Both the position numbers and the translations under genes were made by a program. The notes below the pieces were generated by a model. It was not told where the DNA came from. It did not search any database and saw only the letters and a program-made list of their open reading frames with translations. Positions 12,731 to 23,944 of a stretch of DNA of 64,000 bases are shown here, piece after piece. Origin of the DNA: Podarcis liolepis (Eukaryota); NCBI GenBank assembly GCA_965112155.1, contig OZ218098.1. One strand, given 5' to 3'. Each line of letters opens with the position of its first letter. Positions within the stretch are counted from its first letter, which is position 1.

Positions 12731-13406
12731 AATTTGAAAGCCTGTAGTCCAAGTCAATGCCACAAAGTACATAGAACCATTGTTCATAATGCCACACACT
12801 TAATGAAAGTGATGTGATAGTCAGTCTGCAGGTAACTGGCAATTGGAGCCAATAATTACTTCTGATAGGCTGGGGCAGGGGAGACAGGGTCCTTGTAGCT
12901 GCTGCTTCCCAGGCCAATGGGTGGGATCAGGCTCACCTTCCCCTTGCTCTGATGTTCCATGTGGAAAGCAAAACCTACCGTTGGCTTTGGTCCCTTGACA
13001 AGGGCCTGGAATGAGTACTTCTGGTGTTTTTGAATCACAGTATGATACATTTCCTGATTTTAATTTTTTATTTGCAATGTATTTTTTGCAAAACGTATAT
13101 CCTCTGTCACTTCATCAATATACTACTTCATTGTGCCAATTTTTTGCCCTTTGCTGCTTTAACAGTTCCTCTTATGACATAAAAAAAATCAACCCCCCCC
13201 CAAAAAAATAGATAGAATTAGGAAATAATTAAATACACTCCTTTTTGAGGCAGCAGACACATTTGGAATTTAAAGAGAATGCCATAAACACCAGTCACAA
13301 AATGGCTGCCATGGAGGCAAGGCATAACACAAAATGGCTGCCACATCCTAAAGAGCAGAAAGAGGGCCATGATGACAAAATAATGCATGCATGCCTCCAC
13401 CATAAC

Positions 13407-13407
13407 A

Positions 13408-13440
<33 letters not shown>
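13407..13440. repeat. (CA)n microsatellite
   Basis: Directly visible. Confidence 0.95.
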
Positions 13441-13442
<2 letters not shown>

Positions 13443-15272
13443 GAATGAAAAGGGGGCACCTACATGAACCACCACCACAATCATTCCCAGACAAAAACAA
13501 TGGGCATCCAATCCTGGCATACAGTGAAATGTTTTAAGGCAACATGTTCAGTGTACGAGAGGTCAGGTCAGTGCATGAAGGAACTGAGCAGGAAGAGCAA
13601 ATGTATTGTTAACTTTTGAGGGGATATTTACTGAGACCTTTGGCAGACTCCATATGTGGTATCGGCAAGCACAGTAGTCCTGAGGGAGACTTTTATAGGA
13701 AATGGCAACAAATAGAAAACAACCCCTGAATAAACAGTCTGAATGCTTATAGTGCATGCACTGTACTTAGCAACTTTAGCCCTAAGGTACCCAATGACTG
13801 AATAACATAGGAGCTGTCGATCAACTTAGCTGGGCATAAAGCTTACTGTGATCTCCCACCTATACAATATATCAAGCTCCCCGGAAAGCAGCAACTTTGT
13901 CTCATTTTGTGTAAGTCTTTGCAGGTGCCTTCAACCTATTTTCCTTCCACATCTGTCTTCAACAACTACATGTAGGGACACTTAAATACTAAACCATGCC
14001 CAAATCAAAACCTGGTGGGCAACCAAGAACAGCATTTTTATTTTTGGTCTTCACCTTCTTTCAGGTTGCAGGATTTGTTTATTTGATTGGAACGAAAAGT
14101 GTCCAAGGCAAAAATTCTGGTCTATGTGGCTTTGCTAAACGATTGGGACTATTTCTCCCTCTTTCCCTGCATGAAAAGGGGATAACACAGTCATCATTCT
14201 GCTGAAGCCTGCGAGAAAGCAGGGGGTTAACCTGTATTGGAAAGAGGGCACTCAAACCCCTGATCGTGGCTTCCACAGATGTCAGGGCATATGCTCCTTT
14301 TCCCTCCCAGCTGCTGTAACTCCACTCTTTCCTGCGGCCTTTCGAGCCATTTGCCAACAGAGAAGCTGCGTCTGAACAGATTTCTGCTATGGCTTGACTT
14401 CATTAATCAAATCATTCCCTGACATGAAACCATTCAGGACTTGGTGGAGGTGTGAGGCCAACAAGCTTGGGATTCGCTGAATAGTTCCATGGGATGCGTC
14501 AAAAGTGACACAGAGGCACAACTTCTGTGAGAGAGCTGGGCTTCTATACTTACTATTAAACTATATCGCAAATGGAAGGGCTAGAACAGAGAACCGTGAC
14601 TGTGCTCCACTGTTTCTGTTAACCTCTATCTTCCTCAGCTTTTGACCCAGGCAGCTACAATGGGTGGAACATAAACAATCATTTACTCAGCACCCAACCT
14701 ACCATGGTATAAAATGCAATTGTTAGTTCAGCTGTATCATCCTACCAAGTGCTGAGGAGGATTTTACCACATGATGCCTCGCCTGGTTAGAAATCTGGAG
14801 ACACAGACCAGTAAGGTTCATTTGGTATAATAGCACAAACAAGTGGCTTTCAAAGTAGTCAGGTGAACACAGTGGTCATGCACAACTGGCAAATTGCAAA
14901 ATACAATTTACTGCACTGGTTTGTAATCTATTTCTGAGCTCTTTTCAAAGTGATGGCACTTACCTGGGTCCCCAGCTATGTGGCACTTTTTAGGCCTTTG
15001 AAAGAATGCCTTCTCCCATATTAATCTGCCCATGTATTTCCAGTCATTGGTTGAGGAAGACTTTCAAGTGCCCAAACCATTGGTAGGAAGACAGGTGGCC
15101 CTGGTAAACAGGGAAATGGCTTGTTGTTGTTGTTGTTGTTGTTGTGGCGGCACTATAGCTGTAAAACTCTGCTAGGCTCACAGAGGAAACAGGTAGCATC
15201 CAAGGAAGTCAAGTCAAAGCAGGTCAAGGCCAATCAAGAAAGACAAGCTCAAGTCACAGTAAGCAAGGTCTG

Positions 15273-15405
15273 GAATAGCTCAGTTGGAAGACTTTTAATC
15301 TCAGAGTTGTGGGTTCAAAAGATGGACAAAAGATTCCTGCATTGCAGGGTGTTGAGTTAGATGGTCCTTGTGGTCCCTTCCAGTTCTACAATTCTACGAT
15401 TCTAA
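15273..15405 (+). mobile_element. Short tRNA-derived SINE with CR1-type (ATTCT) tail
   Basis: TAGCTCAGTTGG A-box, GGGTTCAAA B-box, 3' GTCCCTTCCAGTTCTACAATTCTACGATTCTA. Confidence 0.75.
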
Positions 15406-15660
15406 ACAAGCCAGAAACTTTCTAACAGAGAGAACAGACCAGTGCCTTGGATAGTTCCAGGTAGCCCTGCCTGAAGCTTTCTCCCAATGCGAGCTGTAGG
15501 AAGCTGTTGTCTTAGCAGGGAGCTAAAATCAACTGTAGGCTTATGTAGGCTGGCAAGCCCTGTAATGTGGTTAGCTCTGCCTCCCTATAGGGGGTGATTT
15601 TGTTAAACGCCTTGGAAGATGAAAGACAGCATATAAATAAATTGAATTACTGAGGTGTTA

Positions 15661-16518
15661 TGGGCTATGGGTTTGGGGCATAATATTCAGTACAATTCTT
15701 GGTTAAAATTATGGATCCAGAATTTAAAATTTACAGCATGTATGGCCTTAAAAGAAAATGTAATGAAAATGATGTATAGGTGGTATTTGACCCCAAAATG
15801 TACAGGATGAAAAATAAATTATGTTGGAAGTGTAATGATAAAGATGGAGATTTTTACCATATGTGGGTGGACTTGTGATAAGGTAAAATCATTTTGGGAA
15901 TTGATCTACAATGAACTAAAAAAGATGTTAAGATATACTTTCCCCCAAACAACCGGAAGCATTTTTGCTCGCATTGATGGGAGAAGAGATAGCAAAAGTA
16001 GATCAAAAACTATTTATGTATGCTACCACTGCAGCAAGAACTTTGTTAGCCCAAAGGTGGAAATACTAGGAATTACCAATGACTGAGGAGTGGCAGATGA
16101 AGATGATGGACTCTACGCAGAGTTGGCCAAACTGACTGTGAGGATCCGGAACCAAGGTGACCAGAAATTCCAAAAAGATTGGAGTAAATTTATTGAGTAT
16201 TTGAAAGATCATTGTAAGAATGTGAAGACACTAGCAGGATTGATATGAATCCTGCAACTTAACGTAAAATAGTATCTGACCATGGATAATAAAAGGACTT
16301 GAAATATATGAAGGACAGAAACTGGCAGCTGAAATGCACATATAGGTAATTTATTAGGAAATGAGAAACAAGTTGAAGAGAGGGAGGGAAGTCACGAGCT
16401 CGGTGGAGCAAATGCAATTGATTTGTTATTGTAATATTGTTATATTATATGTTTTTGGTTTTGTTTTGTTTTGTTTTTGATTAAAGAAAATAATAAAAAT
16501 TATATTTTTAAAAAAGTT
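15661..16518 (+). mobile_element. 5'-truncated L1-clade LINE (frameshifted ORF2 C-terminus)
   Basis: WTCDKVKSFWELIYNELKK…YATTAAR-type peptide across frames; 14-bp TSD TTACTGAGGTGTTA at 15647-15660 and 16519-16532. Confidence 0.85.
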
Positions 16519-16780
16519 TTACTGAGGTGTTAGACTCACTCAGCAGCCATAGAACCCTCTCCGTTGAGGAGAGACTGCTTTCTTGAAAAAACAAAGGATT
16601 TAGAAAGCATCTCCTAGGCTCTGTGTATAGTGGGCAATGTAGCAAATCATGAGGAATATATTTTACTTGTGGTTGCCCACAAATACAGAGTCTGTCTGTG
16701 GATGGGATCTTACTATACCACCCATCCAGAACAGCTGAGGGCATTGCTTGGAAATGTAGCTCAATAAAGGCCATAGTTTA
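16519..16780 (-). mobile_element. RTE-X-like LINE fragment
   Basis: ORF 16508..16774 GWYSKIPSTDRLCICGQ…HDLLHCPLY, CCHC-type C-terminal motif. Confidence 0.65.
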
Positions 16781-17584
16781 GACAAATAACTGAATCAAAC
16801 ATGTGCCATTTTTAAGAAAACCATAGAAAACATTTGGAGGATTTAGATCCCATTCGGACTCTGTCCCTAGACTGATAAGTAGGAAGGCAGGCAAGTTTGC
16901 TGAGGGCAGACTGAGTTTGGTGGGGCAGTGCCCCACTCAACCTAATAGGACAGCCTCTAATGGGGGCAAGAGTGGGGGCTCAGCATCTGGAACTTTAGTT
17001 TGTCCACTACTGCATTAAACCTACCGGTACTTTACTATTTTTACCCTATAATAAGGCTAGTATTTCTAGTAATTCAGTTATTAAAGGGACTCTGTAGAGT
17101 GGTTTATATTGTTCAGAGTGACGTGATGACTTACAAGTAACATGACTTTTGGGAGGAGTCTTTTGCAGAGGTCAAGGGTGCTTTAGGAACTGAGTTGATG
17201 TTAAGATCTGAGAGTGGGCAACAGCTAACCTGAGCAATACATAGGCAGCTTAAAGAGGAGCAATCTGCTCTGCCTTAGGGCCCTCTGGTGGCAAGAAGAT
17301 TGAAAGCATCTAGTTGTTAGCCACACAACGAATGAGACAGGACAGCAAATTAAAATCCAGTCTTCTCAAAGTCAAGGCAAAGTGTTTGTCTCTCCTTCCA
17401 GCATAACATTGACATGGGTTAGAATTTAACTGGTGGGCACCATTGAACAGAAAGCCTCCCCCATAAGGAACATCTTGTACATGCTGTGGAAATGTTACAG
17501 ATAGGTAGCCGTGTTGGTCTGCCATAGTCAAAACAAAAAAATTCCTTCCAGTAGCACCTTAAAGACCAACTAAGTTAGTTCTTG

Positions 17585-17622
17585 GTATGAGCTTTCGTGT
17601 GCAAGCACACTTCTTCAGATAC
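17585..17622 (-). ncRNA. Second (antisense) copy of the minimal hammerhead ribozyme
   Basis: Exact reverse complement of 18082-18119. Confidence 0.8.
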
Positions 17623-18081
17623 ACTGAAACAAACATTGGACAAACAGGTCAAACCTTACGCCAAAGAATAAACGGACACAAATCTGACATCAAGCATCAC
17701 AAGACAGAGAAACCAGTAGGAGAACACTTCAATCTCTTAGGACATTCTATACAAGATCTCAAAGTAGCTGTTTTACTACAAAGGAATTTCAGAAATAGAC
17801 TGGAAAGAGAAGCTGCTGAATTACAACTCATTACCAAACTTAAAACCATGGAGAGACCTGGCCTGAACAAAGACATTGGATTCTTATCTCATTATACATG
17901 ACAAAGCCATTTCTCACCTTCTCACCCCTTGCTTTTTCCTGTAAGACCTATTGCAGTCGTTAAGAGTCGTCAACAGGCTCATCTCAGCTATCTGCCAATC
18001 ACCCATTCCCACCACCCTTCTGAGTAATACCCCTCCCCACCTTCTCACTATATAGAAGGATCTGGCAACTTCTGTTTCAGT

Positions 18082-18119
18082 GTATCTGAAGAAGTGTGCT
18101 TGCACACGAAAGCTCATAC
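18082..18119 (+). ncRNA. Minimal type I hammerhead ribozyme in the Penelope pLTR
   Basis: GTAT-CTGAAGA-A-GTGTGC TT GCACAC-GAA-AGCT-C-ATAC: stem I GTAT/ATAC, core CUGANGA…GAAA, palindromic AGCU stem III, predicted cleavage after C18115. Confidence 0.8.
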
Positions 18120-21100
18120 CAAGAACTAACTTAGTTGGTCTTTAAGGTGCTACTGGAAGGAATTTTTTTGTTATGCTGTGGAAATATCACTAAAATAAAT
18201 CAAAGAGCAAATTTGCAAACTTTAGAATCCTTCCCATGCAGATTTTGAACAATAGCAGGGAACTGATTTGTTCACAAACAATACATTCTGGCTTGAAGAC
18301 ACAACAACATTGAGTGGGACAAAATTAAAATAATCAAAAAGAGCATTGATCCTAGACTGATCTTTCAGTTCAATTGCAGGTAACATCTCAGCAAACATTC
18401 CTTATAATATATTTAGTCATTTTACTCTTTGTAGGGGGAAAATGTGAGTCCTATTATCATCAGTTAGTTGTACTATGCTTATCACTATACTAGAAACCAT
18501 CCAAATGGTAATGGAGACATGTCCCTTCCTCAATAATAAGACATACAAAGAAAAAGGGAAGAGGGAGAATATGCCAAATGTCAGTCAAGAAAAACAAGAA
18601 GAGTCATGTAGATTTCCTACACAAATTGTAGGGAATGTGAATACCACTTTTGGATTATTTTAATAATTATTTTGGCAAGTTATACACACTTGCCAAAGAT
18701 ACAAATGAGGCTCCAACTCACATAATTTGTTGAAGGATATGAATATTGACTCCTTTCCTTCCCCTGCTTTATCTCCCTCTTTTAAGTCTGCATTTGCAAC
18801 AGCTGCCCTGTAGTGCTGTTGTTGGATGGAGACGAGGAAGAATAATGTAAAATTAGTAATGTGTTAAATAGGATTCTGAGACACATCAAGACAGGAACAG
18901 TAGGTGGTGCTGCAGACCAAGGATTGTAAGGATGAGACCCTGGAAGGCAAGATGTTGTTAAACCACATCTGTTTTCAAAGAGTAAAGTTAAAATGGATTG
19001 AGTAAGAATTGTCTGCCATATCCAGATATACTTAAAAAGCATTATACATATATATGTCACTAAGGGGAGAGATCACATAAAGACAGGGTTGGAAAGGACA
19101 ATTAACACCACACAGATTAACCCACACAACCCAGGCCTTAGTCATCAAAATACTTTTCACTAGGTGCCATACAGGTGAATTTCATTCAGGGTCAACACTG
19201 ACTTTTGGTGAGCATGTGATGGCTGCTTACAAAGCAATACACAACAGCTCAGTTCTCTTTCTCTTCCAGTCACATGTCTCCTCTACCCCTACCATCATCT
19301 TTACACCTATATATAGCAAGGTCATCCCAACTGCACATCATCTTGCTGCTGATCATTCTGTTGATTTGGTAATGGAAGCCTGTTGCAATGGCCTATTCTG
19401 AGGGATGATAGCATGTAGGAAGAAGCACCATGGAAAATCGGAACAGAAAGAAGAATAGGATCTGGTGCTTACTGTATAAGACTTTTATTTTAGTTCTACG
19501 TGCTTCAGAGTGAAATACTCCTTCGGGAGCTTGATACGCTTGCAAGTTCAGAAGAGGCACCTTGCTCTGAAAATCTGATCTTAGGAACCGCCTTTGAACA
19601 AGCTGCAAGGCAAAGTTTTCTTTACTCCATATATCTCTGCCATATTTTGAGAATCTCTCTTCTCTACAGCCATATTCCTATTAACCTGGGGTGGCCAGGG
19701 GCTAATTGTGGCCTCTCTTCCTGCCCCTTGGGACTCTCCACAGCTGCCACACTCCAGTGGGTGCACTCAGGGGCTAAGGTTCCAGCCACAAGCCTCTCAC
19801 CAGAGTACTCACCAACTTAGGCAGGACTTCTGGAGCAATGCAGACCAAACAAACCAAGGTGAAGGACAGCAAATCAATTTAGGTTCAAACATGATCCAGA
19901 AGCAAGGTCAGGAAATGGTTCAAGGTCAGTATCACAGGAAGCTCCACAAGAAACACCACAACAAAGCCTGGGAACAAGACCACAAGGGGCCAGAGGCCTA
20001 TGCCATGTCCAGCACCTGGAAGGCTCAAGAGTGAGACCTTATATACCATGGTCTCCTAGAACACACTCTAAAACACCAGCTTCTGTTATTAAAACAGTTA
20101 GAGGGATTGCTTACTCATAAGAACACCCCTTACACATGAGCAGCATGTTCATTCTGGTTCCACAGATACATGTTTTGTGGTCACTCTTCTGGGCTTGAGC
20201 ATTGGTTTTGAGCTATACACCTCATATAGATGATGCCAACTGAAGGGAAGGAAGGTCAGCCAACTGAATGACCTCCTAGGTCTTCTTCCATCCCCAGAGA
20301 CTCTGGAGATTCTCTCACCTGCCCACAAGGCCAATTCAGCTGCTGCTGTTCACTTCAGACAGCAGGTAGGAACTCACATGACTTCTCCATCCTCCATGGA
20401 GTGAGGGTGGCATTCATTCTTTTCAAGTTGTGCCAGCCTTGTACACAAAATGTTTTAAACTGAAACACTTTGTATGCAAAGGTTCTGGAAACAAGACTCT
20501 TATTAAGAATCATAGTGTTGTTTACGCTCATTCAAAAGTTTTCAGAACGTGCATTTTCCATTAGGGTTTGTGAGGCAACCATAATTATTTGAGGCTTGAG
20601 TAATGTATAAATAAGAACACAGTGCATCATGATGCGAGGTCTGAGGGAGGAAGCAGCCCACCTTTAGGGGGGAAAGCAGATGCTCTTGCTACAAAGTCAT
20701 TCAACGACCCACTTCACTGTTCCTTTTATGCTGGCAATACAGCACTTTCCCAGAACTGGGTTTATTCTTTCTTTTTTAATGCTTGAGCTTCTTTTTTTAA
20801 AACTCAGGGAAATCTAAAGACAGCCGCAGGCCCCACTTGTACTAAACTCTGCACACTATTTGAGTTACAGTTTAACTCCCACCTGAAAGTAGGGGCCAAC
20901 AGGTGAAGCGTGCAGGCTGGGGAGCAGCAGTCCCCGTAGATGGAATGCCATTAGCTGCCATGCTACATAAACCACCATTCTTCTCTGAATGAAAGCTTAT
21001 GACCTCACACACACACAAATGGCAAGTGGTAAATGACATCCCATGGGGATGATAGTACAAAATGTGGTCTCTTAACTCCACATGGAGAGATCCTTGTATT

Positions 21101-22206
21101 TTGTTTTGTTTCCAGACACTGCTCAGGGGAAGCAGTAGTACTAAAGAGTAGCTGATCTGTCAACCTGAGTCAAGGACTGCCAGGATCCTCAAATCAGATG
21201 CTGTGTGATTTAAGGTAGTTTAAAGTCAGCCGATATAACCAGGTTGCAATTCTGTGAATGATCCCTTGGAAGTCCCGCTGAGCAAAGTGGGACTGACTTT
21301 TGCAAACACTTTAATAGGCTCAGGCTGCATGTCAATTTATTCCACCTTAACTTTGGAAAGAATCTAGCTGCACCAAATTTCCAATTATTTTTGTTTCCTA
21401 ATGCTGTATCAGCCCCATGGGGTTGTCAACTACGAAGGTAAAATAATGACTGCTAGGGGATTAGGGATGTTATGCTGATGCTAGAAGTCAGGGTCAGGAC
21501 TGGACCAAACTGCAACCTTTAGCACGCTGCAGCCTTTTCCTGACTTGTTGAGTGATAACAAGCAGCTATTGCCCCTTTAAGTGGGAGGGGAAACCACTCT
21601 TCCCCACACAAAAAGACTGCAAAGAAGTATTAAATGTCTTTTTGTGTGAATTATATGAATGTTTGATCATTTCTTCTCAATTTTAGTAATCACAAATAAT
21701 ATTTATACTATTGTTGTTATTATATTTACACCCTGCTTTTCAGCAAGTTGGACTCCCAAAAGAGCATGCCATTTTACAATTTTTAAAAAGCATACAATGA
21801 GCTGGATCCAGTTGTTATACACAAAGAAGGCTCACATAAATTAATAAATTTAAATTAGTCGTGTCTATTATTTCAGTGTGTATGACTCAGTCAGGCAGAA
21901 TCCAATGTATTGTTTATGTATAGCATTTATTTATTTATTTATTCATTCAAGCAGTATAGCTTCATACTCATATTCCTTCATTAGTCCTGAACTATCTTAT
22001 ATAATTTAGAAGTTAATAATATTTTTCTCTGTTTATACCACTTTGATCTTGTAATTTTAGCACATCACCTGATATTTCTCTGAACAAGATTAAGTTTTAG
22101 AGTATCAAAATAATAACAGAATTGAGTGAAGAATAATCTGAAATGCACTAGAGTAGGCTAGAGGCTGTAGCTTCATAGTGGATTCTGAACCACTAGCTGA
22201 AGACCA

Positions 22207-22442
22207 ATTTATTTTATTTATTATGTTTACATCCCACCTTTCCTCTGAAGAACTCAGGGTGGCATACAGAGCTCCTCACGTCCATTTTATCCTTGCAACC
22301 ACCCTGCGAGGTATGTGAGTTAGCCTAAGAGACTATGAGTGGTCCAAGGTCACCCAGTAAGCTTCATGGCCAAGCGGGACTTGAACCCTGTTCTCCCAAA
22401 TCCTAGTCTGACACTTTCACCATTACACCATGCTGGGTCTCC
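22207..22442 (-). mobile_element. CORE/MIR-like (Squam3-type) SINE
   Basis: Minus strand reads CAGCATGGTGTAATGG…GGGTTCAAGTCCC…CTGGGTGACCTTGG…; (TAAAA)n tail; weaker copies at ~58430-58550 and ~60484-60700. Confidence 0.75.
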
Positions 22443-23587
22443 ATGATTTAGATCCAAGTGCATCATTTTTCCAAGGGCTATGAAATTCACTGTGCATGCT
22501 AGCTAAGAACTCTGTGTTTCTGATGCAACGTGAAGTTATTTGTTATGAATGTCAGAGGAAAATACTGGGGATGAATACATGAGATTAACTCCCTGCCCTG
22601 CTCAAGATTTTTCCTTTTCTTTTCTGAAGAGTAATGTTAGATGAGAGCAGATATGGTCTAAGGCCTGCACTGCCGCTGAGGGGGACAAAGAGAGGGCATG
22701 GCTTCCTGAAGTGCTGATCTATTTTAAGAAAAGAAACCCTGCGGTCAGATTGCCTATCCTCCCTTTCTCTTTTCAGATCTCAAACTTTTCGGCCGCTGTA
22801 GGCAAGGGAAAGGAAAGTAGATATAATTAGTACATACCATGACTAATATGAAGATAGATCTCTCTTGAGTTTTATAGGTCATCAAGATACTTTTGATAGT
22901 GCTTTGCCCCTGAGTTCAAATACCATAGGAAGATCACACCATACACGCTAAGGTCACCTTCTCAGCAATCACCATGCAACAACCTCTTCCTGAGTTTTAA
23001 ACCATTTTAAAACAGATCATTTCATCTAAGTTCCCAATTCAACCGCCTTTGACAACCTGGTGCCCTCTAGATGTTTTGGATTACAACTTTTCCCTGTGTC
23101 ATTGGTGCATAGGAGACAGCAAGCTCATCTATAATGTTGGTATTCATTAATGTGTGGTTCCAATCAAACACATCTATGTCTCAGAAAGGACTGCATTTCC
23201 CCACCCCCACCCCGTGCAAGGTTATCAACTAGAATGGGGAAGAACTCACACAGGAAGGTCCCCCATTTCTACATAAAGATTCTGATTGATGTGGAAGAGG
23301 TTGCAACCCTGCCAAGATTTCCAATCAGTGTGCACATGCTAGAGTTCATTTAGGCCTGGAATGCAAAAGAACCAGTTACAAGGAGGCACCTGGGGGATAT
23401 TTTGGTTCCTTGAACCAAGAAATGGCACATGAAAAGGAATGCCATTCACTGGATAGATATCTTTGAACAGGGCTATGGGTGCAAACAGGGTAGTTAACAA
23501 AACAGATTCCCATGATTTAGGAAGCATATTTAAAAACACACACACACACACTTGTTTTAGGACACATAAATGGGCATGACTGTTTAG

Positions 23588-23944
23588 CAGGGGCAGAGGA
23601 AGGGGTGTGGCGGGAGCGGTCCTCTCCGGCTGTCACCACTGAGGGGGTGACAAAATGCCGGACGGCACTCACTGTGGGGCCTGCAATGCGCTCGAGCCAT
23701 GCGTTTCTCCTGGGAGAGACATATGGCTTGGGTGTGTGCAGGCTCCGCACTGCCCAAACGGTCTGCCCGCTGCCTCCCCCCCAGCTGTAGGGTGGCTGAG
23801 TGGGAGGAGGCAGGCAGACTCCAGTGGCCCCGTGGTGCGCCCTGCCCCTGTGAGGGGCTTGCCCTGCCCTCACCCCTATGGGAGGATCACTCCGCCCCTA
23901 TGGGCGTGTTGCCCCAGGCGCCCGAGTGGTTTCCTCCACTGCTA
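23588..23944. mobile_element. GC-rich hAT-type MITE
   Basis: Imperfect TIRs; flanks CTGTTTAG / TTGTTTAG; homologous to 42400-42698. Confidence 0.7.

Larger units (their letters stand above)
17494..18172 (+). mobile_element. Penelope-like element: GIY-YIG endonuclease 3' end with inverted pseudo-LTR
   Basis: IGQTGQTLRQRINGHKSDIK…VGEHFN…EREAAELQLITKL…GLNKD (17632-17901); 100-bp perfect inverted repeat 17532-17631 / 18073-18172; 13-bp TSD ATGCTGTGGAAAT at 17481-17493 and 18173-18185. Confidence 0.92.

Noticed and set aside
13540-13690. Possible extra cadherin-like exon remnants (also ~27440-27560, 30620-30733, 19231-19397)
   Set aside because: Motif similarity too weak or out of order to count as evidence without an alignment
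17587-18117. Two ORFs with identical N-termini MSFRVQAHFFRYTET on opposite strands
   Set aside because: Artefact of the inverted pLTR; the shared peptide is the antisense of the hammerhead, not a real N-terminus
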